Positions 1 to 12,934 of a DNA stretch of 64,000 nt are shown piece by piece. Each line of letters begins with the position of its first letter. The first letter of the stretch is position 1. Source of the DNA: Octopus vulgaris (lineage: Eukaryota). The stretch spans positions 149,792,001 to 149,856,000 of the forward strand of contig OX597816.1 of NCBI GenBank assembly GCA_951406725.2. Direction: 5' to 3'. Both the position numbers and the translations under genes were made by a program. The notes under the pieces were generated by a model. The model had not been told where the DNA came from and did not search any database. It saw only the letters and a list, made by a program, of their open reading frames with translations.

Positions 1-1178
1 CTTCGATAGGATGCCCTGATCTCAGGTTGGGAAAGCGTACTGGGAGAAATGTGTTCATATTTTGTTTATAAAACCTGATATGACAAAAATCATAATCATC
101 ACCGTTTAGAATTATAAACATATCTATATTGTATAAATTACTGGCTTTTATTTTAACCAGAAACTAATTTTACACGTATACTTTTTGATTTCTCTCCCAG
201 TGAACTTAACCTTAACTTTCAGTTGTTATTCTTATTTCGAATAAGATCGTTTCTTTTTCACTTCGAAATCTCCAAACTACCATTTGTTAGATTTTTGATA
301 AGTATTCTAATTAAACAGTGGTGATTTTTTTTTAATTGCTCGATCTAAATTAGGTGAACGTACTCTCACACCCGCTACCCGACTTAATGGCTCTGGTGTA
401 CTCGTCAATGTGTCCACCTCGCTCACACAGGCTGCTTATGCCAATTCCTTCATTTTCAATAGCGCCTCGTCATTCCTTTGCCACTATATAAAAGGTTACA
501 TTCCTATTGGAAGCTCTGTTTCTTTCTAAACTCCTGCATCTATGCTCTCCAAAACTTATCAAAAGCATGGAAAGAAAGAACAATAAAAACTTCGATTTGA
601 TATCACGTGCATTCTTGTACAATTGGATGTATATACAGGCTTGGTCCATCTCAATATCATCAATTTATATTCCTCTTCATCTCGAAATCATTTCTATCTA
701 GCTTTTCTATTGTTTTCCTTAAATCAAACTAAACCAGTAGGGAGTGGTTATGTTGTTTTTCTCTTACATTTTCTCTACCCTTCCAAAACTTCTGTTCGAT
801 TCTATCTCTCAGTTCTAATTTTTTATTCACGTTTGCTATTGTACTCGATTCCTTTTCATCAGTTTTAACCTGATCGACTTTTCTACCCCATCAATACGTC
901 TCTCGTCCTGGACAACTGTGTGGGTAACCCATAGCCAACTTCCGTTAGGAATCTCTGCTCTGACAAGGTGTCATTACCTTTCATAAACCCTGCTTGAGTG
1001 CTAAAAGAATAAATCTGTTCTTCCTCTAATTTTTGTTTCATATTCTTCATTTTCAGATTCTTCTTACAGTTTTATTTTACAATTCACTAACTTTTTAGTT
1101 TATGTATGTTGTCAACATTTACTTCTGACTCTCCCACACATACACACACAATATTCACGTCTCTTTCCTTGTTCTTAC

Positions 1179-1748
1179 CGGCCCTTTTCTGTCATGTTAC
1201 GTTTATTTAGACGACAGTTTTATTAATTCGCATATATAAACCGTAAGCGATGCGAATTTAATATTTTAAAACCAAAAAGCAACAATAGCAACTATATCAA
1301 CATTAAAAAAATCAGACATCTCTTTCTATTAATCGTTTATGTCTGTCATAACATTGATGTTCAATAGAAGAAACTAGTGGAAGATAATGGTGTTGCGCGA
1401 GGAAAGAAGGAACAGCCCTGAATGAGGCGCGCCCACATACAATTTCATCCGACGTGAGGGAACGAGCGACAACCACTGTCGCTTGATGCTAACGAAAACT
1501 GATACAGCCTCTTCTTGGTTGGAGCAAAACCAGAACAATTGTTGGTTTTCTTATTTCTATCGCTCTGCATAGTTTTGCTCAACTGGATAGATGCGAAGTC
1601 GCCATGAGTGACAATGCTGGCTCCACAACCATTTAAATGGTCAATGTCAGTCATATCACCGGCTCATTTCCCCCATCAGCTTTCGCCTCTCGTCTCATTT
1701 CTAGTTACTGACCCCGGTTCCACTTCATCGTTTCATCTTGGATAGAAG
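1179..1748 (-). other. Candidate exon of a minus-strand gene running off the left edge; possible start M-T-E-K-G at 1195-1179
   Basis: Minus strand reads acceptor-like tcatcattatcacacAG before 1748 and gtaacATGACAGAAAAGGGCCG|GTAAGA (strong donor at 1178). A further minus-strand donor TAG|GTGAGC at 2800 could end an upstream exon. No homology recognised. Confidence 0.3.
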
Positions 1749-3099
1749 CTGTGTGATAATGATGATTACGGAAATTGTTTCTTAAATTTGTAGAAGCTGC
1801 GATTAAGGGGAATGTAGTTAATACATAAATCCCTTTTACAAGTGATGTGATTTTCTAATGAGGAAGAAAGTGAATCTAAACAGAACTATGACCAAGTTAT
1901 ATTCATATCCTCTTTATTAAACTCTGCTGCTCTCTTCGCCGTATAATTTCACTTTTATAGCAAACTGTGTATAGATATAAGTTAACTTTACTGGACCTGC
2001 GTAATCCTGATATTTTCCCCCTTTAAAGTTTAAATACCGATAGCCTTAACTTAGTTTCAGGGTTCTCCATTGCTATGACTGGTTGCCGTACCTTCGACTT
2101 CCTACGCAAAGTTGATATTTTAACTCTCCTAGTGGATCCGTTGCGACATTTTACTCCAAACGTTTATCACTCTTCCCCGTCATCATTTTCCATTCACTCT
2201 TCTAGAAACCTTTATGATTTTTACTCTACGAATTAGTACCTCACTCTACCACACTGACCGCACACTTTATTCGACTTTTTCTTTTAAACCGTAAGTCTCA
2301 TATTTATTTATTTATTTTTTTATTCATCAGAAACTAATGCCACGCTTGTTTTTTTTCTCGTTTTCTGATCTTCGATTTCATTTCCTTTTGCTTTTTTCCC
2401 AGTATTATTAAACAATGACATACTCGTTCAATTTTATTTTCAACTACAAGAAAAAAGAGAAATGAAGTAAAATAGAAAGGATGGGAAGTTTTAATGTACA
2501 CTATCCATTTGTTGCACTGATTTTAAGAGTTGTGTGTTTACCTACTCCACCTTTCACTTTAAAAGGTCGTATTTTTTGTGACTAATAATTATATACTTGA
2601 GGTATACCAAACTTAACAATAAGAATCTAAATTCTTTTAGAAAACCTTACATTGTTATTAGTATCCCATATTTGTTGATATTCTGTTGTGAACGGAAAAC
2701 AGTTTCAGTAAACCTCCAGATTGTAAATTCTTGACAGGGTACTAAGTAATTTGCGATTTTATTTCCAGTAATCTCCTAAATATTACTCCTCTCCGCTCAC
2801 CTAACATGGGACTCTTCTAGTTACATATTTCAAGGCCAGTAATTTAGATTCTATTTTAATGTGTTTCGTCCAGGAACAAGCACTCTGTTTTGGGACAAGT
2901 GTAGAAAATATACATCCTATCACCAAATGTTTGATGTCTAATAAGACTGTGATAAATCTGAGAATTATATTTATATCGTTTTGAGACCGCGACCTGTTCA
3001 CTGACAAAACTGATGCAGCACGAAGTTTTATATTTATATCGAAATCTAAATAACTTATCAAAATACCATACTTTACCATATATTTGTATATACTTTGGA

Positions 3100-3217
3100 A
3101 AACGTCTAGCAGAAGGAGAAGACGATACTTATGACTTTTGCAGCTCACTGAAACTAGTGATGTATATTCGGAAAACGTAGGAGAAGCATGACCACAGAAG
3201 CAATTTCAGGTGGCCAG
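3100..3217 (+). other. Candidate first exon of the ZNF800-like gene
   Basis: Two possible donors, CAG|GTGGCC (3210) and CAG|GTGCCG (3218), at the edge of the CpG-rich zone. The link to ZNF800 is inferred only. Confidence 0.2.
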
Positions 3218-4170
3218 GTGCCGCAGTATTTCTCTTTATAGAAATATGGTCCTTGCTGCTACACGGTTTCGCTGTAGAGTTTTCATTGATTTGTCAGTTC
3301 AAATTTGACTGCTTTTTAAAAACCTTTAGAATTGCTCCTTTGGTACTATATGTTCTTTGTTATCTCAGAACACATGCATACTAACGATATAAATATGGTC
3401 TTAACTTTATCCTTTATGAATCGCCTTCTTCAGAACATTTAATCGGCAAGAACCAGTTAGCTAAAATGTAGAGCTACGGACTGAGATGAGTTACTATCTT
3501 CTCTGTTATATATTTTTAAACTCGTGTCAATAGGGTTCAAAGCTCTTTTTTGAGTAGGCTTTTTGGAATAAGGAGACGAAAAGTCAACGATCCAGTGTTG
3601 CAAGCATTCATATATAAATTATCTGTTATTTTGTTTAGAGTTTAACTTCTGCTATCTGATCGGCATTCTAGGTAAAACAATCCCATCTTTATTGTAGAAA
3701 ATGATATCCTGAACGTCAGGACCTAGGCATGGTTTAGTGGTATGGAATTTGTTGAGGAGATTTAGGTTTTTTTTTTGGAAGGATGTGTGTTTTGTAGTGC
3801 AGTTATACAGTGCTTGCACTAATGATGTTTATGTATAGGTGGTGGTGTTGGATGGTAGTGTTTTGGATTTTGAATGGAATGGTAGAGGGATATCTTGATA
3901 ACTGGCTTAGAAATACTGATCCTTTCTCTGGAATTAGGCCAATTTCCAACTTTCAACCATTTTCTATTTTTAGAGAAAGGAACATTATGAGTGATCCCAC
4001 ATGACTTTGTACTACATGGCCAGTCTTGAGAGAGAGAAAGAGAGAAATTGACTCTAGTATTTTATCAACTCTGTTAGGATGAAAGATAAAGTTGACTTAG
4101 GTGGGATTTGAACTCAGAGTGTAGAGAGCTAGAACAAAAACTGCAAAGCATTCTATCTGATGCTGTAGTA

Positions 4171-4543
4171 CAGTGTTTCTCAACCTTTTTTGGTGCCACA
4201 CCTCACTTCAATATTTGCAAAAAAAAAAACTACATGTGCCCCCACATTATATATATGTAAGGTGGGTGGCATTAAAAAGGGTATCCAGCTGTAAAAGCAT
4301 GACAAAACAGACAGTCCTCTGGCTTGCCAAGTCCTGTCAAACTGGCCAATTCTATGCCAGCATGGAAAACGGATGTTAAATGATGATGATGATGTACACA
4401 CATACATATTCCATAGCAGTTTTTATTAAAATTTTATTGCAAGTTTTATTCACTTGTAACTTATGCCGCTTATGAAGTAACCAATGTCAAAATATTTCCA
4501 CAACTTCACCTGCAAGGTATGTGCCTCATCATGAGAAACACTG
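4171..4543. mobile_element. hAT-like MITE inserted in an old SINE, itself carrying an RTE 3' tail (about 4259-4394)
   Basis: TIRs CAGTGTTTCTCA (4171) and TGAGAAACACTG (ends 4543). The 8-bp flanks ctgtagta/ctctaatg look like a decayed TSD. The SINE sequence resumes on both sides. Confidence 0.6.
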
Positions 4544-4694
4544 CTCTAATGACTCTGGCAATTCACCACTTTAGTAAAGTAAATGTAACCTAGTCTGATG
4601 GACATGATATTGTGTTTGAGTTCAAATCTTCTGTAACTATTTCAATGTATATTTGAATAACCCAATTCTGTTTCAGTATATCTAGATATCTAGA

Positions 4695-4923
4695 TGAGCG
4701 AGGTTGTTGCCAGTACCGCCTGACTGGCCCCCGTGCCGGTGGCACGTAAAAAACACCCACTACACTCTCGGAGTGGTTGGCGTTAGGAAGGGCATCCAGC
4801 TGTAGAAACTCTGTCAAATCGAGATTGGAGCCTGGTGCAGCCATCTGGTTTGCCAGCCCTCAGTCAAAATTGTCCAACCCATGCTAGCGTGGAAAGCAGA
4901 CGTTAAACGATGATGATGATGAT
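4695..4923 (+). mobile_element. RTE LINE 3' end fragment
   Basis: gtgccggtggcacgtaaaa unit, ggttggcgttaggaagggcatccagctgtagaaa and a (GAT)n tail, as in the longer copies. Confidence 0.85.
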
Positions 4924-5321
4924 AGACTAAGCATCCTGTCCAAGTAAGGATTTTGCTTTAGTTTAGTTAATAGCATAACATTAGAATTGAGCAACTGCTT
5001 TTAAAAGCCTCACTGAGGCCAAGAGAAGAAAATGGATAGTTTTGAAGTTAGTTGTGTATTAAAGTTCCTCCAAACTACTCATTAACAATAAGTCCAGTCA
5101 ACCATATAACATCTACATTCCTAATGATATCATTGACCATGACCTCCAATCTATAGGCTCAAATGTGCTTTAAAATGTGCTTCAATTGTTACCAAATATC
5201 ATATAAAGTAATGATAATAGAATCTGTATCTCAAGACTTTATTCATCACATGTTATTATAACTCAATATCCAGTTTAAGTAAGGGAGAACTTTAGCTTGC
5301 CCATCTTGTAATGCATTTCTC

Positions 5322-6330
5322 AGGCTGTGTGGTAAGAAGTTTGCTTTCCAACCACATTGTTTTGGGTTCAATCTCTCTATGTGGCACCTTGGGCAAGTGT
5401 CTTCTGCTATAACCCTGGGCCAGCCAAAGCTTAGTGAGTGGATTTGGTAGATGAAAACTGAAAGGAAGCCTGTCATATATATTATTATTGTTTAACATCC
5501 ATTTTTCATGCTGGCGTGGGTTGGACAGTTTGATAAAGATCCAGTGAGTCAAGGACATCATACTCCAGTGTTTGCTTTGGCATAGTTTCTATATTTGGAT
5601 GCCGTTCATAATGCCAACCACTTTACAGTGGGTACTGGTGCTTTTTCGTTCTACCAGCACTGTTGAGGTTATCATGTAGTTTGCAAGTCAACAAACTCAG
5701 GGAGGGAGGATGTTGCCTCTGTGTGCAGAGTAGTTTGTGTTTTAGAGGTGCTACATGGCTACTCACATTTAGGAGACAAAATGAGAATGAATTAAAGGTA
5801 TCTCCAAGGAGATAGATAGTGGTGATGAGGTGTTCAGGTAGCAGGAGCACAAATGGGTGGGGAAGTGAGAGAGGGAGGTAGGCAACATATGATAGGACTG
5901 AGGGGAGGGAGTGCATAAGTTGGGTGGGGTGCTACAGGCATACTAGCAATATGGTAGTAATGATACTGTTGACAGGGTAGGCAGCAGGAATGGAGTACAG
6001 AGATAAAACAAGCCTAATGCATAGAGATAATTTGGTAGTCTGGGCTGATGGATGGCCACTCTAACATGTGAATGTGGAGAACAATATTAATGGATAAAGA
6101 ATGGCTAACAGTGTGTGTCTTTGTTTGTCTGTCCACCACCACCACTTGACAACCAGTGCAGGTGTGTTTACATTCCTGTAATTTAGTGGTTTGACAAAAG
6201 AGTTTGCTAGAATAAGTACCAGGCTTAAAAAATAAGTGCTGGGGTCAATTTGTTCATCTAAGATTCTTCAAGGCGGTGTCCCAGCATGGCCTTAGTCTAA
6301 TGACTGAAAAAAGTAACAGATAAAAGATCT
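5322..6330 (+). mobile_element. tRNA-derived SINE split by a minus-strand LINE-like 3' fragment (about 5480-6110)
   Basis: Head ggctgtgtggtaagaagtttgc...ggttcaatc (A/B boxes) at 5322-5480. The 3' half (ttgacaacc...cagcatggc...tgactgaaa) lies at 6110-6330. Confidence 0.7.
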
Positions 6331-6482
6331 TATTTAAAGAGTTATTCTGGCTTCATATGTTATATTACTATAGGAAAACAGAATCACAACATTCACACTC
6401 CTTTATGAAAAGCAACAAACTAAGATTGTAAAATTAGCAATAGTAAACAATAATAATATAACACCACCCGACAAAAATTGTC

Positions 6483-7114
6483 AGTTCATGGCTGTTTCCT
6501 GCACCAGTTTCGCATAGCCCCAGCCCATCCTAAGTACCTTGGATTGCAGAATGACCTGCAGTGCTTAAGGAGACCTATTGAGTTACGTACATCAACATCA
6601 AAATAAATATCAAATGGAAATTGTAGTTGTGATACCTGTGCCAGTGGCACGTAAAAAGCGCCATCCGAATGTGGCCGATGTCAGCGCCACCTTGACTGGC
6701 TTCTGTGCTGGTGGCACGTGACCTGCTGTGCTTGAGGAGACCTATTGAGTCAAGTACATCAACATCAAAATAAATATCAAATGAAAATGGTAGTTGTGAT
6801 ACCTGTGCCAGTGGCACGTAAAAAGCACCATCCGAAAGTGGCCGATGCCAGCGCCGCCTTGACTGGCTTCTGTGCCAGTTGTATGTAAAAAGCACCAACC
6901 GATCGTGGCCGCTGTCAGCCTCCCCTGTGCCAGTGGCACGTAAAAAGCACCCACTACACTCATGGAGTGGTTGGCGTTAGGAAGGGCATCCAGCTGTAGA
7001 AATACTGCCAGATCTGACTGGAGCCTGGTGTAGCCTCCTGGCTTCCCAGGCCCCAGTCGAACCGTCCAACCTGTGCTAGCATGGAAAACGGACGTTAAAC
7101 GATGATGATGATGA
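6483..7114 (+). mobile_element. RTE LINE 3' UTR with an internal ~170-bp duplication
   Basis: acctgc..gtgctt.aggagacctattgag...gatacctgtgccagtggcacg occurs at ~6554 and again at ~6721; ends in (GAT)n. Confidence 0.85.
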
Positions 7115-7139
7115 CCAGTCTAAAATTAGATTTTATGTT

Positions 7140-9324
7140 TATATATCAATCACAAATATAGGGACCAGCCATCAGAATTGACAGTAGTATAATAGATAAG
7201 GCAATTAAGGATATGAAGACAGAGAAAACCCTTGGACCATCAGGAGTCACCACTGAGATGCTTAAAATATCTTGTAGAGTTGGATATGGCCTTGTTACTC
7301 ATATAGTTAATCAGGTTATCCAGGAAGGTGTCATTGCCAAAGATTGATGTAGTAGTATAATAGTTAGCTGCTACAAGAGTAACGGTGATGCATCATCATC
7401 ATCATCATCGTCCGTTTTCTGTGCTAGCACGGGTTGGACGGTTCGACCGGTGCCCGGGAAGCCAGGGGCTGCTCCAGGCTCAGTCTGATCTGGCAGAGTT
7501 TCTATGACTGGATGCCCTTCCTAACGCCAACCACTCCACGAGTGTAGTGGGTGCTTTTTACGTGCCACCGGCGCTGGCAACGGAAACGTTTGGATGGTGC
7601 TTTTTATGTGCCACCGGCACAGAAGCCAGTCGGGGCGACGCTGGCATCGGCCACGTTCGGATGGTGCTTTTTATGTGCCACCGGCACAGGTATCACAACT
7701 ACTTTTTCCATTGATATTTATTTCGATGTTCATGTACTTGACTCAACAGGTCTCCTCAAGCATAGCAGGACGTTCTGGGATCCAGGGTACTTTGAATGGG
7801 CAGGGGCTATGCGGAACTGGTGCAGGAAGCAGCCCGGGTCTTTGCAGTCACAGCATATCTCCAGAGATCTTGGTCCTTCGCCATTGCCTCAGTGAGGCCC
7901 AACGCTCTGAGGTCATGCTTGACTACCTCATCCCATATCTTCCTGGGTCTACCTCTCCCCCTGATACCTTCAACTGTTTGGGAGTGGCACTTCTTCACAC
8001 ATCTCTCCTCATCCATCCGCAGTACATGACCATACCATCGCAAGTGTCGCTCTTCCACAACACATCTGATGCTTCTTATATCCAGCATTTCTCTCAGGGT
8101 GCTTACACTCTGTTGTGCGTGCACACTAACATTACACATCCAGCGGATCATGCTAGCTTCATTTCTTTCAAGTCTACGCATGTCCTCTGCAGTTACAGCC
8201 CATGTTTCACTACCGTGAAGCATGTCAGTTCGCACACATGCATCATACAATCTACCTTTCACTCTCAGCGAGAGACCCTTTGTCGCCAGTAGGGGTAGGA
8301 GCTTTCTGAACTTTGCCCAGGCTATTCGTATTCTAAGAGATATCAAACTGCTGGACCAAGTCATGAAAGTTACAGGGCAAATTATAGCCAATTGGTTTGG
8401 AATAGCTTTAAACTAGATGAGATGTAGTTTGGTTTTGTGCTTGAGATGAGCGCTACAGATGTCATCTTCCTAGTCAGACATCTGCAGAAGAAATATCTGA
8501 CCCAAAGAAAACCATTGTACCTGGCTTTTGTCAACCTGGAGAAAGTTTTGACAGAGTCCCTTGCTCTGTTATCTGGTGCGCTCTAAGGATAGTAGATGAC
8601 GAGTGGCTTGTTAGAGTTGTACAAGACAATTACAGCAGTGCTATCAGTAGGGTGAGTGTACAGTGACAAATTTTGCATCCAAGTAGGGGTTCACCAGGGC
8701 TCAGTTCTCAGCCCCCTCTTACTCATCATAGTCCTCTTGGTCATAACAGAGGAATTTAAAACTGGCTGCTCATGGGAACTACTATATGCTTGTGATTGAT
8801 GACCTCATTCTTTCAGTAGAATTGGAGTAGAAATTCCAGGTATGGAAGTAAAACCTGGAATCAAAGGGCTTTAAAATTAATCTAGCAAAGACCAAAGTCG
8901 TTAGTAAGAAAGTAGATGAGACTCTTTCCATCAGGTAAATGGTCCAGCTCAATATGCAAACTATGGACACATAAGAGGTGTAGTCGAATCACATGTAGGT
9001 TAACAGGGAAAGTTGTTTTCGTGTGTGGCAGGTGTGCAGGAACAATAAGAACTAAGGACCTACAAGAATTAGACTCTCGAATGCCTAGGAGACTTCCTTG
9101 AGGTTGTAGTCTAGGCTGACCAAGATACTCTCATGGAATGTGACCAAATTAGCAGTGGTGGCGAATGTTCTAAAAGTATTGTTGCTGGAAGAAATTCAGA
9201 CAGGTGTTACTTCTGTTGGCAACAAAAGGCCTCCCTCTCACAGTGGAAGGCAGATTATATGATGTGTGTGTATAAACGGCTATAATCCATGGTAGTGAGA
9301 CGAGTGCTATGAATGCAAATGACA
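7140..9324 (+). mobile_element. Degenerate RTE LINE RT region, interrupted by an antisense RTE and truncated by mariners
   Basis: Translates to DKAIKDMK...GPSG..EMLK, resumes IKLLDQVMKV at ~8342, then VGVHQGSVLSP, GCSWELLYA and HGSET. Matches the minus-strand RTE at 29117-31410. Confidence 0.85.
7389..8335 (-). mobile_element. 5'-truncated RTE LINE (ORF C-terminus, 3' UTR and tail)
   Basis: ORF 7807-8391: RIRIAWAKFRKL...HGSETWA...LRWYGHVLRMD...RGRGRPRKIW. (CAT)n at 7389-7410 is the tail on the minus strand. Confidence 0.9.
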
Positions 9325-9326
9325 TA

Positions 9327-10598
9327 CGAGGGGCGTTCAATAAGTAATGCCCCTGACCCACTTCCCAAAGCAGTAGAGCAACGAAACTTGGCACAGTTAT
9401 TAGTCTTTTTCTACATAGGAACCACTCAGAGTTACACATTTCTCCCATCGTTTGATGCAACTCTGGAGACCGTTTTTGTAGAAGACCCCACCTTGGTCCT
9501 CCAACCACGATGTGACTTCAGAAATCAAGGCTGCATCATCTGGGAAATGCTTTCCTTTCAAAAACAACTTCATGGCAGGGAAGAGGTGAAAATCAGAGGG
9601 TGCAAGGTCAGGAGAGTAGGGGGATGGGGGAGGAGTTAATAGCCGCACGCCTGTGCTTCTGATCTGGCGACACGCGAGTTGTAGACCGGAGCATTGTCCT
9701 GCAGAAGGAGGATGCCTTTGCTGATCTTGCCCCACCTCTTGATTTTGATAGCTTCTCTTAATTTCCTCAAAAGTGAAGCATAATAGGCTCCTGTAATTGT
9801 GGTACCCTTTGCCAGGAAATCTGTCATCATTACTCCGTCCTGGTCCCAGAAGATTGTGAGCATGATCTTGCCAGTGGAGGGCTGCACACTTGCCTTCTTT
9901 GGAGGAGGTGAGTCACGGTGCTTCCACTGCATTGACTGGGCTTTGGTCTCTGGATCATAGTGATGGACCCAGGTTTCATCCTGTGTAATCAGTCTTTTGA
10001 AAAAGTTTGACTCATCTTCTTGGCACATCTCCAAATTCATCCTCGAGCACTCGACACGTTCTTGCATCTGGGAATCCATCTGGCAGACACGTTTTGCATA
10101 TGCAAATGGTCATGAATGATAGTTTCCACAGACCCGGTACTAAACTTGACCTCATGGGCTATTTGACGAATAGTTATGCGTCGATCTTCCAAAATGGCAG
10201 CCTCAACTTGACGGACAGATGCCTCATCAATGGCAGAAGGGGGCGACCAGATCTGGGAGCTGTTTCCACAGAGTTCCAACCATGTTTGAATTCATGATGC
10301 CAGCGTTTTACAAGGTCATATGATGGGGCATCATCACCATAAGTTACTTTCATTTCATCAAAAGTCTCCTGTGGTGTGCGTCCTTTCAAATACAAAAACC
10401 GGATCACTGCTCGACACTCAACAGGCTCCATTTCACACTTGACTCAGTTCAAACACCTGTATATCAGAAACCACAATTAGTTCAGAGCTGTAATTTGCCA
10501 CTTAATCTATAGAGATATGAATAATTGCACATGTAAATTTTCAGCTAGATCAAACAACTGCAAGTGGGTCAGAGGCATTACTTATTGAACGCTCCTCG
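9327..10598 (-). mobile_element. Full-length mariner (Tc1/mariner, DD34D-type) DNA transposon, 1272 bp
   Basis: TIRs CGAGGGGCGTTCAATAAGTAATGCCCCTGACCCACTT and AAGTGGGTCAGAGGCATTACTTATTGAACGCTCCTCG; TA TSDs at 9325-9326 and 10599-10600. Confidence 0.95.
9400..10431 (-). pseudogene. Mariner transposase, frameshifted into four ORF pieces
   Basis: N-terminal HTH (RAVIRFLYLKG..), ARWIPR (WVPH-like motif), ITQDETW, LLQDNAP, PYSPDLAPSDFHLF and terminal GSYVEKD. Confidence 0.92.
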
Positions 10599-10600
10599 TA

Positions 10601-11250
10601 TATGAGGGCTGGCTGAAAAGTTTATAGGCTGACCAAGATACCTTCATGCAGTTCACATACTTCAATCAGTCTTCCAGTTCTTGGATCCCATTAATGAAGA
10701 AGCTTTCATCCTGTTGGTCAGAAAAGTTAACTGCAGATAACTATCATTACTGTGATACTAGTTCTCAGCCAATTTTTTTTCATGTCCAGGAACAGATGAT
10801 ACTGAGAGGGGACCAAATTTGATTTTGATAGCCTTTTGTAACTGCCTCAGCAAGTTGGTATACATTGATGATGTGGCCTTTTGAAGAGAGTCAACTAACA
10901 ATGCCTTTTGCATCCCAAAAGACTGAAGAAATCACCTTTTCTGCATATGAAACAACTTCAGTCTTCTTTGAAGCAGGTGAGGAAGGGTGTTTCCACTGCA
11001 TTGATTGTCTCTGGCTGAAAGTGTTGAAGCCAACACTCATCATGGGTTAGGAAACATTCAAGGAAGCCAGCTGGATCTGCATCAAACAATGTCAAATTTT
11101 CCTGTGATGTGATTAGCTTGGTGCACTTCGATCAGTTTTCAGAAAATGTGGCATCCACCAAGAAGAAACCTTTGTTATGCGAAGCTTGTTATATAGAATA
11201 TTCTCAACTCTCTCATGGGATATGCTAATAGCATTGTCTGACAGTATGAG
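10601..11250 (-). mobile_element. Older decayed mariner-family element abutting the first
   Basis: Begins TA-tgagggctggctgaaaagtttataggctgaccaagat (mariner-like TIR) followed by degraded transposase-like sequence. A related subterminal piece is at ~9110-9150. Confidence 0.55.
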
Positions 11251-12520
11251 TTTCTTAAGAAGACCTGCCCACCTCAGTGAAAATGAGTTCTGGAAACACT
11301 ATTCCACCCTCACCTACTCCAATGAATCAAACTACATCTTTTCTTCATGTACTATGCTTATTTCTCCCTCCCCACTCCTGCAGCCCAATCCTGTCCTACC
11401 AACTGTATCATTGCTATCCTGTTGCCTCCGCTATCACTCACTTCACCACTCACTTCATTCCCCTCTCTCTCCCCTTCTTTGCACTTTTGCAAACTCCCTA
11501 CTCATGCACCCTGTGCAATCCTCTACCATTCCACTTATATTCACCTTGAGGGTATGCCCTGGCACATTACCATCTCTCTTGCTCTCTCTCTCTCTCTCTC
11601 ACTCCTTCCCTCTGACTGGGGTAACCACGTATCTCTTCTCCAGCAAGACACCTGTTTCTGTTCCTATGTCATACTGTAACCTCTCATCACCTGGCATAAA
11701 GCCACCTGTTTTAATACCTCGCTCCCTCTTGAGGGCTCTTTGTCTTACAAGTTATTTTGTGAGTTTGAATGTAATAAACAGGGAAATTGCCGTTTTACTT
11801 GCATTTTGTTCAGGGAAAAAGTTATATTGAAATTAGTTTCTTATGTTAGAAATGTCTCTATTTTAGTCATGAACTTGAATAGAGTTATTGCATAAAATAT
11901 TGTCATCTAAACATGAGTAAGAGGATTTAAGATAATTCTGAGATAATTTGGTTTCTGTTGATAATTTGTTACTGCATTTATAAGACCAAATGAAAGTATT
12001 GTATATTGATAGAAATATTCTAAGGATTAAAAAGCAGTGTAAGGACGTTTTTTAATTACAATGGTAGATGTTAAGAATTATGTTTCACATTGACCTTAAT
12101 AAAATAAAATGTTTGAGATAAAGTATGGATTAACTTGTGAATGATAGGCATCTAGAAGAGTATGCATTAACTAGGTATCAAGATGTCCTTTGTGATTTTT
12201 TGTTTTTTACTATTACATCCTAAGCTTTCCATGGTTACTCAGTTCTGTGATATTTTCTTTGATTAGGTAGTTTACCTCTTGTCTGATGAATTTCCTTTCA
12301 CTCACACAATACTTTTGAGTAGAGGGTTTTAGCATTTGGAATCAAATTAGTGACGGAGTTAACAGTTGGAATCTTCAGTCACACAAAATTTGGTGAAACT
12401 AGTGGGGCTTCTAAGTCCTCAAACTTAAATTCCACAGGAGAATGCTGGGACATGAAACTTTGACAGAGTATAATATCCATCCAGGACTGAGTGTAAATAA
12501 TAGTGACTACTGTTTATTAT

Positions 12521-12934
12521 TTTACTCTTTTTACTCTTTTACTCTTTTTACTCTTTTACTTGTTTCAGTCATTTGACTGCGGCCATGCTGGAGCACCGCC
12601 TTTAGTCGAGCAAATCGACCCTGGGACTTATTCTTTGTAAGCCCAGTACTTATTCTATCGGTCTCTTTTGCCGAACCGCTAAGTGACGGGGACGTAAACA
12701 CACCAGCATCGGTTGTCAAGCAATGCTAGGGGGACAAACACAGACACACACACATATATATACATATACACGACAGGCTTCTTTCAGTTTCCGTCTACCA
12801 AATCCACTCACAAGGCATTGGTCGGCCCGAGGCTATAGCAGAAGGCACTTACCCAAGATGCCACGCAGTGGGACTGAACCCAGAACCATGTGGTTGGTAA
12901 GCAAGCTACTTACCACACAGCCACTCCTGTGCCT
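12521..12934 (-). mobile_element. Full-length tRNA-derived SINE
   Basis: Minus strand A box TGGCTGTGTGGT and B box GGTTCAGTCCC, central (CA/TA)n, tail of GAGTAAAA(A) repeats. Very similar to 26258-26675. Confidence 0.9.

Larger units (their letters stand above)
1..3800. promoter_or_regulatory. CpG-retaining, TE-free region; putative bidirectional promoter/first-exon zone
   Basis: CpG dinucleotides are visibly more frequent (e.g. gttgcgcgag, ggcgcgccc, gaccgcgacc) than in the rest of the window. No recognisable SINE/LINE occurs before ~4040. Splice-donor-like sites point outwards on both strands. Confidence 0.5.

Noticed and set aside
7594-8292. 232-aa plus-strand ORF
   Set aside because: Antisense shadow of the RTE copy.
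11177-11830. 217-aa plus-strand ORF
   Set aside because: Low-complexity L/S/P-rich translation of pyrimidine-rich repeat-derived sequence; no motifs.
12860-12934. tRNA-like A/B boxes as a tRNA gene
   Set aside because: They form the head of a multi-copy SINE; no complete cloverleaf is evident.
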